Source of the DNA: Flavobacteriales bacterium
GTDB taxonomy: Bacteria; Bacteroidota; Bacteroidia; Flavobacteriales_F; PHOS-HE28
DNA: 64,000 nucleotides
Direction: 5' to 3'
Assembly (NCBI GenBank): GCA_016788295.1
Contig: JAEUSY010000013.1
Location: forward strand, 1,862-65,861
Each line of letters starts with the position of its first letter. The first letter of the stretch is position 1. The notes under the pieces were generated by a model. The model had not been told where the DNA came from and made no database searches. It worked only from the letters and a program-made list of their open reading frames with translations. Positions 1 to 9,268 of this stretch are shown here, in pieces. The translations under genes were made by a program, and so were the position numbers.

Positions 1-340
1 CTTGCGCTTTTGTTCCGTGCTGCCGAACTGCAGGATGTGCCCCGTGCACAGGCTGTTGTGCGCGGCCACGCTCAGGCCCACGCTGCTGCACACCTTGGCC
101 ACTTCAACAATGGTGGTGATGTACTCGAAGTAGCTGAGGCCGGCGCCACCGAATTCCTCGGGCACCAGCACGCCCAACATGCCCGCAGGACCGAAATGCT
201 GTTTCAGGAGATCCACGGGAAGGTGCTGGGCCTCGTCCCAATCCATTACATGCGGACGCAGTTCACGCTCACACAGGTCGCGCACGGCCTGTGCGATCAT
301 CAGCTGGCTTTCGGTCGAAGAGAATTCCATGGGTTCAGTA
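1..340 (-). CDS. Acyl-CoA dehydrogenase, N-terminal portion (gene continues past the window start)
   Basis: Reverse-strand translation gives MEFSSTESQLMIAQAVRDLCERELRPHVMDWDEAQHLPVDLLKQHFGPAGMLGVLVPEEFGGAGLSYFEYITTIVEVAKVCSSVGLSVAAHNS, a typical ACAD N-terminal alpha-domain. Its ATG at 340-338 abuts the apt stop at 335-337. Confidence 0.7.
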
Positions 341-868
341 CTTCAACAAGGTGACAACCTTGGCATTGTATTGTTCAAGACGCTTGAGGCCTTCCAGGAA
401 GGAAAGCTCGATCAGGAAAGAGAAACCGGCGACCGTGCCGCCTTGCATGCGCACGAGCTCGGCCGCGGCCACAGCGGTGCCTCCCGTGGCCAGCAGATCA
501 TCGTGCACCAGCACACGCATACCGGGGCGCACGCTGTCCACGTGCATTTCCACCTCGGCACTGCCGTACTCCAGATCGTACTTGTAGCTCACGGTGCGCC
601 AGGGCAGCTTCCCCTTCTTGCGCACGGTAAGGAAGGGCACGCCCAAAGCCAGCGCCAGTGGCATGCCGAAGAGGAAACCGCGGCTTTCGATACCGGCAAT
701 GGCATCGATCCGGATCCCTACCAGGCGCTCGCGGAAGCCTTCGGTGATGCTCTTACCGAGCGCGGGGTCTTCCAGCACGGGGGTAATATCACGGAACAGA
801 ATGCCCGGCTTGGGGAAATCGGGTACCGCCCGTATAGCGGTCGACAAGCGTTGTTCCAGTTCCGTCAC
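335..868 (-). CDS. apt: Adenine phosphoribosyltransferase
   Basis: 177 aa. PRTase motif VLVHDDLLATGGT. Full-length similarity to Apt (FPKPGILFRDITPVL). Confidence 0.9.
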   Translation of the reverse strand: MTELEQRLSTAIRAVPDFPKPGILFRDITPVLEDPALGKSITEGFRERLVGIRIDAIAGIESRGFLFGMPLALALGVPFLTVRKKGKLPWRTVSYKYDLEYGSAEVEMHVDSVRPGMRVLVHDDLLATGGTAVAAAELVRMQGGTVAGFSFLIELSFLEGLKRLEQYNAKVVTLLKY

Positions 869-1821
869 TCCACCCTGAGATAGGGCGCAAGTTTACGGAA
901 GACCGCCTCATCGATCAGGGCGCAACCCCGAATGTCCGCCACGGTCCGGAAGGGGCCATGCTGCGCGCGATAGGCCATCAGGGCCTTGGCCACCTTCCAC
1001 CCAGCGTACGGATGCGCGGCCAACTGTTCCACTTCGCAGGTATTGATGGGAATACGCACCACCATAAGGGTGTCCAGCACCAATAGCTCGTTCAGTCGGG
1101 CCAAAGCATCAGGCTTATCGCGCAACACGTACACCTCGGCCAACTGCTCCATGGAGCGATACCCGCCCAAGCGATCACGATACTTCACGATGCCGCGAGC
1201 AAAGGCTGGACCGATGCCCGGTAAGGCGATCAGTGCAGTGGTGTCGGATGTGTTCACCTCCAATTTTCGGAACTCCTTCCGTTCATAGCGTTCCTGGTCC
1301 TGCTTGGGGTAGGATGTGCTTGCCGGCCATGTGCGCTGCGGGGCTTGTTCCCGATGTTCGCGTTGGCGCTTGGGCAGGCTGTCGGGCAACAGGATGTACG
1401 CTTCCCACATGGCATAGCGCTCAGGCGTTACCGCGTAGAGCTTGGCCACATCCTTCTTCACGCGGAACCGACCTCCCTTTGCCAGGTAGCGCTCCACTCC
1501 ATCCACTTGGCGATCCGTAAGGCCAAGTGCCAGCCATTCCCGGCGTTCAATGGTGTTCGGGTCGAAGGGAAAAAGGCTGTCGACAGATGCAATTGAGGGT
1601 TGCCCGTGCTCATCGGACCGGGCCACCCATTCACGCATTTCCTCCACATACTTCGGATCGATTTCAGTAAGGTGGAACTGGAACCACTGAACATAGGCCA
1701 CCCTGATGAAAAGGATGGCGACCAGCGCACCCATCAGCTGTATCGCCCCGCTCCGCTCCCCCTTGTGCAGGTGGAACAAGGCCTTCAATTGCTGCACGAA
1801 GGGCGACCGGTCCTTCTTCAT
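865..1821 (-). CDS. ComEA-like helix-hairpin-helix DNA-binding membrane protein
   Basis: N-terminal TM segment. Two HhH-like motifs (LPGIGPAFARGIVKYR and VAKALMAYRAQHGPF). Confidence 0.55.
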   Translation of the reverse strand: MKKDRSPFVQQLKALFHLHKGERSGAIQLMGALVAILFIRVAYVQWFQFHLTEIDPKYVEEMREWVARSDEHGQPSIASVDSLFPFDPNTIERREWLALGLTDRQVDGVERYLAKGGRFRVKKDVAKLYAVTPERYAMWEAYILLPDSLPKRQREHREQAPQRTWPASTSYPKQDQERYERKEFRKLEVNTSDTTALIALPGIGPAFARGIVKYRDRLGGYRSMEQLAEVYVLRDKPDALARLNELLVLDTLMVVRIPINTCEVEQLAAHPYAGWKVAKALMAYRAQHGPFRTVADIRGCALIDEAVFRKLAPYLRVE

Positions 1822-1860
1822 CGCTACCGGATTGAGAGCGGTTCGAGGAGAATGCGGCCT

Positions 1861-1992
1861 TTAGTCGTTCTCGCTGTAGCTGTCGGGCTCGGGCCTGGGC
1901 GGTGTGGTGAGCACCCGGTAGAAGAAATAACCGGTAATGCAGATCACGGTCACCTGCGTGATCACCATGAGGGTCAATGCGGCGTTGTTCAT
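1861..1992 (-). CDS. Small hydrophobic protein (43 aa), translationally coupled to the NSS transporter
   Basis: MNNAALTLMVITQVTVICITGYFFYRVLTTPPRPEPDSYSEND. One predicted TM helix. Its ATG overlaps the transporter TGA stop (ATGA). Confidence 0.4.
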   Translation of the reverse strand: MNNAALTLMVITQVTVICITGYFFYRVLTTPPRPEPDSYSEND

Positions 1993-3668
1993 GCGGCAAC
2001 ACGTTTGGAGGTGGAACGCAACCGGCGTAGACCGGCGAGGTAGACCAAGAGCGAAAGACCAACGAAGGTGAGCAGCAACAGCATGCGCGCCATGTTGGTG
2101 TAGAACAAACGGTCCGTAAGGCGCTCCACATCGGCAGGTGTGGTGGCGGCCGCCAGTTGCTCATGCAGGCCGGAATTCGTGATCGTCTTGATGATCGAAC
2201 TGTTGTCCAAGGTCCAGCCTTGCCCGTTGAACACCCCCTGCAATGCACCGGACCAGTCGTTACCGACCGGGGTGAACAATGCGCCCATGAAGACCAGCAA
2301 CAGCAGCAAGGGGGTGATGTACTTGATGATGAACTTGTAGATGGTGGGCACCTTCAGATCGGAGCCCGACAGCAACTCCTTCCAGCCTTTATCAATACCA
2401 AAGACCCAGGAGAACAAAATGGTCTCCGCCAGTGCGAACACCACCAGTGCCACGGTACCGGCCCAGTAATCGTACTCGTCGAAGACCCCTTGTTGGAAGA
2501 AGATCACTGTGGGCAGGCCGAGCAACAGCACGATGAGGCCGAAGCTCCATGCGCCCTTGTTACGGCCCCAACCGAACTCATCGCGCATGAAGCCCATCCA
2601 TGGTGTGCCCATGGCCAGGCTGCTGGTGATGCCCGCGAAGAAGAGGAGGCCGAACCACATGACACCCGCTGCCGCGCTGAGGAAGGGCCCCCACTTCTCG
2701 AAGAGGAAGGGCATGGTCTGGAATGCCATGCCGAAACCAGCATTGGCCTTCACCCAATCGAGGCCCAGATAACCGGCCGCAATGGGTATCACGATCAGGC
2801 TTCCGAGCACCACTTCAACGAACTCGTTCATGAAGCCCGCGCTCACAGCGTTCAGGGCGATATCGTCCTTGCTGCGCACGTAGGCCGCGTAACAGTGAAT
2901 GGTCCCCATGCCCACGCTGAGCGTGAAGAAGATCTGTCCGGCCGCAGCAAGCCACACCTTTGGGTCGCTCAGGCTGCTGAACTGCGGTGTCCACAGGAAA
3001 TTGAGTCCATCCCAAGCGCTTGCACCCGGCACCTCAGCACTTGCTCCACTGGTGCCCAACGTGATGCCACGCAACGCGAGGAACACGCCGAAGAGGATCA
3101 ACAAGGGCATACCGATCTTGGCCGCGCGCTCTACACCGGCAAGTCCCCGGGAGAGGATCCAGGTATTGAGCAGGAGGCAGAGGATGTAGAACACAATGGC
3201 CTCATGCGGGATACCGGTGTGGCTCACCGATACGTCCACATAATCCGTGAAGAACTTGGCTACCTGTGTCTGCGACAATCCATCGAAGGTGCCGGCAATG
3301 CTGTGCCACACGTAGCTCATGGTCCAACTCTCTATGTAGCAGTAATAGGCCGCTACGGCAATGTTGGTAAAGATGCCGAACACGCCGAAGTACTTCCAGA
3401 AGGCACGCTTGGTCATCGTATCGAGGATGAACGGCGTGCTGTGGTTCCCATTCCGCCCACCGAACCGTCCCATGCTCCATTCGATCCACAACAGTGGAAT
3501 GCCCATGAGCAGGAAACAGACGAGGTAGGGAATGATGAACGCGCCACCGCCGTTGTTCACGGCCTGCACCGGGAACCGCAGGAAATTGCCGAGGCCCACG
3601 GCATTTCCGGCCATGGCCAGAATAAGGCCAACACGAGTGCCCCACGATTCTTTTTGCGCTACGCTCAT
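1989..3668 (-). CDS. Sodium-dependent transporter, neurotransmitter:sodium symporter (NSS/SNF) family
   Basis: Conserved NSS N-terminus WGTRVGLILAMAGNAVGLGNFLRFP. About 12 TM segments. The annotated start is the internal Met (MSVAQKESW); the first 118 aa of ORF 1989..4022 look like non-coding read-through. Confidence 0.85.
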   Translation of the reverse strand: MSVAQKESWGTRVGLILAMAGNAVGLGNFLRFPVQAVNNGGGAFIIPYLVCFLLMGIPLLWIEWSMGRFGGRNGNHSTPFILDTMTKRAFWKYFGVFGIFTNIAVAAYYCYIESWTMSYVWHSIAGTFDGLSQTQVAKFFTDYVDVSVSHTGIPHEAIVFYILCLLLNTWILSRGLAGVERAAKIGMPLLILFGVFLALRGITLGTSGASAEVPGASAWDGLNFLWTPQFSSLSDPKVWLAAAGQIFFTLSVGMGTIHCYAAYVRSKDDIALNAVSAGFMNEFVEVVLGSLIVIPIAAGYLGLDWVKANAGFGMAFQTMPFLFEKWGPFLSAAAGVMWFGLLFFAGITSSLAMGTPWMGFMRDEFGWGRNKGAWSFGLIVLLLGLPTVIFFQQGVFDEYDYWAGTVALVVFALAETILFSWVFGIDKGWKELLSGSDLKVPTIYKFIIKYITPLLLLLVFMGALFTPVGNDWSGALQGVFNGQGWTLDNSSIIKTITNSGLHEQLAAATTPADVERLTDRLFYTNMARMLLLLTFVGLSLLVYLAGLRRLRSTSKRVAA

Positions 3669-3775
3669 CCGTTCTGGTTCAGGCAGGCCAAGATAGAAGC
3701 TTCCACGAATGGCCAATGCGCACGATGCGAATCCGAATAGCGACCGTCCCCAAGTGAATACGTTAGCGATCTGTG

Positions 3776-4678
3776 CTACGTAGTCAGTTGCTTGGCCAGC
3801 ACCGCAAGCCCCTGCTCGAAACCATGGGGCGCGTAGCCCAATTCGCGACGGGCTTTGTCCAGCACGAAGCCGGTGTGTGGCGGACGTTTTGCTGGCTGGC
3901 CCAGTGTATCGCTCTTCACCGGGGTGACCACGGATGTGTCCAAATGGAAGAACGCGCCAACACGCTGAACAAGCTCCAGGATGCTCATGCCATCCGGACC
4001 GGACAAATTGAAAATGCCACAAGCGCCACGCTCAGCAATACGGATACAACCATCGGCCAGGTCCTCGGCCAGGGTGGGCATACGCCATTGATCATCCACC
4101 ACCTTGATCGGCTGGCCATTCTCCAATGCGCTCTTGGCCCAGAGCACCACGTTGCTGCGGCTAAGACCCGGTGCCACACCGTACACGATGATGGTTCGTG
4201 CAATGGCCCATTTCGCGAGCCCGCTGTTCATCACGACATGCTCTGCATCGAGCTTGCTCTGGCCGTAGATACTGAGCGGGGCAGGCACATCCTCTTCCTT
4301 GTAGGGACCTGCAGTTCCATCGAAAATGAAATCGGTGCTGAGGTGAATGAAATGGCTGTTGTGCCGTTCGGCGGCGTTCACCAAGTATTCGGTGGCGACA
4401 ACGTTCTGTAGGCGACAGGCCTCGGGGTCCTGTTCGCAGGCATCCACGTTGGTCATTGCCGCTGTGTGGATCACCACATCTGGCCTCACCTTGTCGAACA
4501 CTGCATCCACCTCGGTCTTGTTGGTGATGTCCATGGCCATGTAGCGCTCGGCTAAGGGCTCGGGGCTGCGATCGGCACCACGTGAAGTGGCGACCAACTC
4601 CACAGATGCATTGTTCCGTAAAGCGGCCACCAACTTCTGGCCCAGCAGGCCGTTGCTACCTGTGATGAGTATCTTCAT
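3776..4678 (-). CDS. rfbD: dTDP-4-dehydrorhamnose reductase
   Basis: MKILITGSNGLLG Rossmann N-terminus. Full-length RmlD/RfbD-like, 300 aa. Confidence 0.88.
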   Translation of the reverse strand: MKILITGSNGLLGQKLVAALRNNASVELVATSRGADRSPEPLAERYMAMDITNKTEVDAVFDKVRPDVVIHTAAMTNVDACEQDPEACRLQNVVATEYLVNAAERHNSHFIHLSTDFIFDGTAGPYKEEDVPAPLSIYGQSKLDAEHVVMNSGLAKWAIARTIIVYGVAPGLSRSNVVLWAKSALENGQPIKVVDDQWRMPTLAEDLADGCIRIAERGACGIFNLSGPDGMSILELVQRVGAFFHLDTSVVTPVKSDTLGQPAKRPPHTGFVLDKARRELGYAPHGFEQGLAVLAKQLTT

Positions 4679-4714
4679 GGGAATGCGAAGAAAGCGCAGG
4701 GTCCGACACCTTTG

Positions 4715-5083
4715 TCACTTTCGGCCCAGCTCGTTGAAATAGCCCTTATTCCCACCCAGGTTGAAAAAGCTGATGAACAGGGCGATGTAGCTGAGGTAGA
4801 ACAGGGACTGCAGAGAGACCACCAGCTTACCAAGGCCCGATATCGGATAGTACTCGCCGAAACCGATGGTGCTGGTGACCATGAAACTCACATAGATGGC
4901 ATCCGTCCAGTGGGACAACGGTTGATTCAAGTAATTGCCGGCCATGTGGATGACCGCAAAGCTGAAGACCACCTCCAAATAGTTGAGGAAGATGAGCAGC
5001 TTGGAGCGCCTGTATGATCTTGGCGAAGGGAAACTGTCCGAAGCAAAGATGAGCGTGGGGATGTAGACAATGGTCTCGGCCAT
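4715..5083 (-). CDS. Two-TM potassium channel (Ion_trans_2-like pore domain)
   Basis: Selectivity-filter-like TSTIGFGEY flanked by two hydrophobic helices. Confidence 0.7.
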   Translation of the reverse strand: MAETIVYIPTLIFASDSFPSPRSYRRSKLLIFLNYLEVVFSFAVIHMAGNYLNQPLSHWTDAIYVSFMVTSTIGFGEYYPISGLGKLVVSLQSLFYLSYIALFISFFNLGGNKGYFNELGRK

Positions 5084-5086
5084 GAG

Positions 5087-5419
5087 TCACATCACCAGGA
5101 ACACCACGAACCCGTTCTGCCACCATCCGAAGTACATCACGAACAACGGGAACAAGGTCTTCAGCACCACGAAGGCCTCAATGGCGAAATCCTGGTATAG
5201 CGGCCCCTTTCGCCAGAACAGGTGTTTGATGTACATGCCCGGAAAAAGGAACTGGCTTACCGCCAACGATAGTCGAACGAGCTTTTCCAGACCGGCGTCC
5301 TCATCGTAGGTATTGTTCCAAATGGCGTGCAGGTTCTCCATGCGCCGTGCAATGGTGGAATGCCGATCACCATCCCGTTGTCCCTTGCCTACAATAAGCT
5401 TTCGGAGCGTGTCACGCAT
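5087..5419 (-). CDS. Membrane protein ORF in the same frame as the downstream K+ channel, separated from it by a single TGA
   Basis: 110 aa with 2-3 hydrophobic helices. A TGA at 5087-5089 is followed by CTC and then the ATG of the channel ORF. This may be the N-terminal part of a longer channel gene. Confidence 0.4.
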   Translation of the reverse strand: MRDTLRKLIVGKGQRDGDRHSTIARRMENLHAIWNNTYDEDAGLEKLVRLSLAVSQFLFPGMYIKHLFWRKGPLYQDFAIEAFVVLKTLFPLFVMYFGWWQNGFVVFLVM

Positions 5420-5500
5420 GGATCCTTCCCGAGGGTTGTGTGGGAAAGGTAGAAGTGCCTTGGTTACTGAAAGGCGACCAACGTCAGTCTCGTTCGGGCC

Positions 5501-5731
5501 TTACAGGTCCCAAACGGTACGGCGCCTGCGGAAGGGCTGCTTGATGCGCTCCTTGTGCTTGAGTACGAACGCCATTACGAGATAGGCCACCAAGTGTACA
5601 CCTGCCGTGATGAAACTTAGGTAGATGAAGCTGAGGCGGACCTCCTCGGTCTTCACATTCAGCTTCTGGGCCCACCATTCGCAAACGCCGAAAGCCTGCT
5701 GCTCAAAATAGGTCTTGATACTGGCGATCAT
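5501..5731 (-). CDS. PspC-domain protein
   Basis: The GVCEWWAQKLNV...VRLSFI pattern followed by a TM helix is typical of the PspC domain. 76 aa. Confidence 0.6.
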   Translation of the reverse strand: MIASIKTYFEQQAFGVCEWWAQKLNVKTEEVRLSFIYLSFITAGVHLVAYLVMAFVLKHKERIKQPFRRRRTVWDL

Positions 5732-5755
5732 GGTCGTTCCTGTTGCGGCTGATGG

Positions 5756-7156
5756 TCAGACGGTCCTTTTGAGCAATTGGTTGCCAATGCCGCAAGATAA
5801 GCAGCGCTTTGCCGAACAGTACGAGTTGCGCAGTTCGATGAGGGCCTGGCCCCGTGCTGCGGAATCGGCCCGCAGACCCAATTCGGCCCAGCCATCAAGT
5901 ACGCGGTTGTGTTCCGCAGGCAATTGCTCCAGCAACGAAATGGCCCGTTCGACAAGCTCTTCGCGGCCTTGCAACCGGCCTAATGCAAATAGAGTGGGCA
6001 CCAAAGCATTGATGATGAGGTGATCGCCCCCTGCCCTGCCCAGCCGCTTGGGACATGGAGCGCTTTCGCGGTCGAACATGAAATGGGTGCTCCAGTACGG
6101 ACCAGCCTCCACATCGAGCAATTGATGCAGCGAACAGACATCCTCTGCCTGCAACAGGTCGGCGAAAGAGCCATCCAACCGCATGAGCAGGCGGGCCAGC
6201 TGGGCAATGCGCACGGTAGGAAAGTTGACCGGACGCATGCGACCGAACTTCCATGCGGCCACGGGTGCGGGGCGCAGATCGTGCAGGCGCACCAGGTGTG
6301 CGTGTTCCGCCTGTAGCGCCCGGGGATGCTCGTCCACGAAATCCACCTGGAGCAGGCCCGCCTGGCCGAAGAGCAGTGACTCCATGCGCAGGGCATCATC
6401 GCGGTAACGCTGAAGGATCCGCAACGGAAGCGCATTGGCCAACATGCCAAAAGGCTCGGCGTTCACCTTCAGACCAAAGGCCCTGCACAGCATGTGGAAC
6501 AAGGTTGCCGAAGGATCACCATCCAACTGGACATACAATTGCTCCACCTCCAATGCCTTCCGCTCCGAGCGTTCGATCAGCACGCGCTCCAGCCAAGTGC
6601 CCGTGAGGCTATGATCAATGCGGCCCAATTGGTTGGCACAGGGCACAAAGCCCTTTCCACGCATCAACGCATGGTGCATGGCGATGCTGTCGGTGCTCAC
6701 GCGCGACATCAGTTCGATGGTGGGCAACACCCTGCCTTGCAACGTGCGTACCTCTACATCGTGCTCATAAACCACATGCAACACCACGTTCTCATAGGCC
6801 GGATCGTACTGATGACCGTGCGCGTTCCATTCGCTACTGCGCAAGTGCACCTCCACGGTACCGGCCCAGAGCTGCCCTCCTATGCGCACCTCCGCACCAG
6901 ATAGGTCGGGACCACTGTTCTGTTGGATACGCCCCGGCCGCAACACTTCCACCTCGCCCCCTGTGGTGGTGCGTAAAGCATGGTGGTCGAAGAGACGCTG
7001 TTCCCATATGTACTGCAAAAGCTCCTCCCCATACGGGAAGCCGGGCTCCAGCAACTGGTCCACCGATCGACGAAGAACCGTTCGATCACGGACAATACGC
7101 AGTTCGGGGTAGGCGGTACGCTGGGCCGGGCTGGAGGCGAGAGCGGTGTTCATCAT
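5756..7156 (-). CDS. DUF2851 family protein
   Basis: Conserved Bacteroidota DUF2851 motifs LLQYIWEQRLF and GPDLSGAEV...VEVHLRSSEWNAHGH...NVVLHVVYEHD. The exact start is uncertain. Confidence 0.65.
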   Translation of the reverse strand: MMNTALASSPAQRTAYPELRIVRDRTVLRRSVDQLLEPGFPYGEELLQYIWEQRLFDHHALRTTTGGEVEVLRPGRIQQNSGPDLSGAEVRIGGQLWAGTVEVHLRSSEWNAHGHQYDPAYENVVLHVVYEHDVEVRTLQGRVLPTIELMSRVSTDSIAMHHALMRGKGFVPCANQLGRIDHSLTGTWLERVLIERSERKALEVEQLYVQLDGDPSATLFHMLCRAFGLKVNAEPFGMLANALPLRILQRYRDDALRMESLLFGQAGLLQVDFVDEHPRALQAEHAHLVRLHDLRPAPVAAWKFGRMRPVNFPTVRIAQLARLLMRLDGSFADLLQAEDVCSLHQLLDVEAGPYWSTHFMFDRESAPCPKRLGRAGGDHLIINALVPTLFALGRLQGREELVERAISLLEQLPAEHNRVLDGWAELGLRADSAARGQALIELRNSYCSAKRCLSCGIGNQLLKRTV

Positions 7157-7234
7157 GGCGGCGCATACTGACGATTATTTCGTCATTCGTGCGACGCATA
7201 ATATATCAACAAGTCCGAGCTTGTACCAACTTCC

Positions 7235-8053
7235 CTAAAAACGTTCGGCCATGGCCTGTTGCAGTTCCATTGCCGCAGTGCGAGCGGCAGGTATGGCCGA
7301 TTCTCCTTTACCGGCATAGAGGATCCCCCTGCTGCTATTGATCAGCAGGCCACCATCTGCGGTCCAGCCGGCATCGAGTACCGCGTTGAGGTCGCCGCCT
7401 TGGGCCCCTACACCGGGTACAAGGAAAAAATGATCGGGAGCTGCCCTGCGCGCCTCAACCAGGGTCTCTGGCCGTGTGGCCCCGACCACGAACATCAATT
7501 CATCAGGCGTGCCCCATTCGGAGCATCGCTCCATCACAACTTCGAACAACCGCTTCCCGCCATCGACCCGGAGGAACTGCAGATCCTCGGCGCCTGCATT
7601 ACTGGTAACGCCCAGCACTATGCCCCACTTGCCGGGGCGCCCCATGAAGGGACTGATGCTATCACGACCCATGTAAGGTGCGAGCGTCACCGCATCCACA
7701 TCCAACCGGTCGAAGAAGGCCTCGGCGTATTTGCGCGCGGTGTTGCCGATATCGCCGCGCTTGGCATCAGCGATGATGAAACAATCGCCCTTGCTGCGAA
7801 TGAAGGCGATGGTGGCCTCAAGGTCCAGCCACCCCTGATCACCAAGGGCCTCGTAGAACGCAAGGTTCAGCTTGTAGGCCACGGCAAGATCATGGGTGAC
7901 CTCAACAATGGCCTCGTTGAAGGCGCGGACCGGGTGACTTTCCCCCTTGAAATGCTCAGGGACCAAGTGTTCCTCGGTATCGAGGCCCACACAAAGCAGG
8001 CTCTTTTTGCGACGGATGGTGGCGACCAGTTCGGTGCGTGTCATGGACCGCAA
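7235..8053 (-). CDS. pyrF: Orotidine 5'-phosphate decarboxylase (long type 2 form)
   Basis: DAKRGDIGNT substrate-binding motif. About 270 aa, consistent with type 2 PyrF. Confidence 0.88.
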   Translation of the reverse strand: MRSMTRTELVATIRRKKSLLCVGLDTEEHLVPEHFKGESHPVRAFNEAIVEVTHDLAVAYKLNLAFYEALGDQGWLDLEATIAFIRSKGDCFIIADAKRGDIGNTARKYAEAFFDRLDVDAVTLAPYMGRDSISPFMGRPGKWGIVLGVTSNAGAEDLQFLRVDGGKRLFEVVMERCSEWGTPDELMFVVGATRPETLVEARRAAPDHFFLVPGVGAQGGDLNAVLDAGWTADGGLLINSSRGILYAGKGESAIPAARTAAMELQQAMAERF

Positions 8054-8138
8054 AGGTCAGACGATCGGCGCAACGACCGGACCGGGTCGGCAATGAATTC
8101 CACTGAACAAGGTGGAGTTCGCGGCTTCTCCCAGTTGA

Positions 8139-9221
8139 TCAGATACCTGCCTCGGCCTTCAGTTTCTCGGTGCGCTCGGCAAGCTGCAGGGCGTCGATCA
8201 TCTCCTGTAGATCGCCGTTCAGGACCTGCGGCAAGTTGTGCACGGTGAACTCGATCCGGTGATCGGTAACGCGGCTTTGCGGGTAATTGTAGGTGCGGAT
8301 CTTGGCGCTGCGGTCGCCGCTGCTCACCTGGCTCTTCCGCTGGGCGGCCACGGCGGCCTCCTGCTCGCGCACCTTATCCTCATACAGCTTGGTGCGCAGC
8401 ATCTGCATGGCCTTCATGCGGTTGCCCAACTGGCTGCGTTCGGTCTGGCACATCACTACCAGCCCCGTGGGGATGTGCGTGAGGCGCACCTTGGTCTCCA
8501 CCTTGTTCACGTTCTGCCCTCCTGCCCCACCGCTGCGCGCGGTCTCCATCTTTACGTCGCTTTCTTTCAACTCCACATCGGTCTCTTCGGCCTCAGGCAG
8601 CACGTTCACGGTGGCGGCACTGGTGTGAATGCGCCCACTGGCCTCGGTGGCCGGCACGCGCTGCACACGATGTACTCCCGCCTCGAACTTCAAAACGCCA
8701 TAGGCCCCTTCGCCGATCACGTTAAAAACCACTTCCTTGTAGCCACCCACGGAGCCCTCGCTCACATCGGCCACTTCCACATTCCACCCGCGGTCTTCAC
8801 AGTAGCGGGTGTACATGCGGTAGAGGTCGCCAGCGAAAAGGCTCGCCTCATCGCCACCGGTACCCGCGCGCACCTCCACCGTACAATTGCGCGCATCGTT
8901 GGGGTCCTTGGGCACCAGCATCAGGCGCACCTCCTCTTCCATTGCCTCAATGGAGCCGCGGCTTGCTTCCTTCTCCGCACGCGCCATCTCCAGCATTTCC
9001 GGGTCGCGCTCGGAACGCAGGATCTCGTCGGCACCAGCCAGATCGTCGTGCAAGCGCTTGAAGCGGAAGAAGACCTGCTCGATGGGCTCCAGGTCGCGGT
9101 ACGAGCGGTTCAGCTCAACGAACCGTTTCTGGTCCGCGATCACCGAAGGGTCCGCGAGCTGCTTGCCGATCTCGGTGCGGCGGTCGTGGAGTGCGGAAAG
9201 CTTGGAAAGGAGGTCTGACAT
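8139..9221 (-). CDS. prfA: Peptide chain release factor 1
   Basis: GGQ motif ([11 protein letters not shown]). RF1-type PAT tripeptide (RVPATE). 360 aa. Confidence 0.9.
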   Translation of the reverse strand: MSDLLSKLSALHDRRTEIGKQLADPSVIADQKRFVELNRSYRDLEPIEQVFFRFKRLHDDLAGADEILRSERDPEMLEMARAEKEASRGSIEAMEEEVRLMLVPKDPNDARNCTVEVRAGTGGDEASLFAGDLYRMYTRYCEDRGWNVEVADVSEGSVGGYKEVVFNVIGEGAYGVLKFEAGVHRVQRVPATEASGRIHTSAATVNVLPEAEETDVELKESDVKMETARSGGAGGQNVNKVETKVRLTHIPTGLVVMCQTERSQLGNRMKAMQMLRTKLYEDKVREQEAAVAAQRKSQVSSGDRSAKIRTYNYPQSRVTDHRIEFTVHNLPQVLNGDLQEMIDALQLAERTEKLKAEAGI

Positions 9222-9268
9222 GGGAAGGAGAGTCTCTCGCGGAGGCGCGGAGAACGCAGAGGAAATGG

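Noticed and set aside
2157-3740. 527-aa plus-strand ORF antisense to the NSS transporter
   Set aside because: Low-complexity, Arg/Gly/His-rich translation typical of antisense frames in GC-rich DNA. It fully overlaps a well-supported transporter gene.
3669-4022. 118-aa N-terminal extension of the NSS transporter ORF
   Set aside because: It overlaps the rfbD 3' end. The conserved NSS N-terminus begins at the internal Met (MSVAQKESW).
5087-5089. TGA between the two channel ORFs as selenocysteine or a recoded codon
   Set aside because: There is no SECIS-like structure and no selenoprotein context, and UGA recoding is not known in Bacteroidota. It is kept only as a possible nonsense mutation or sequencing error.
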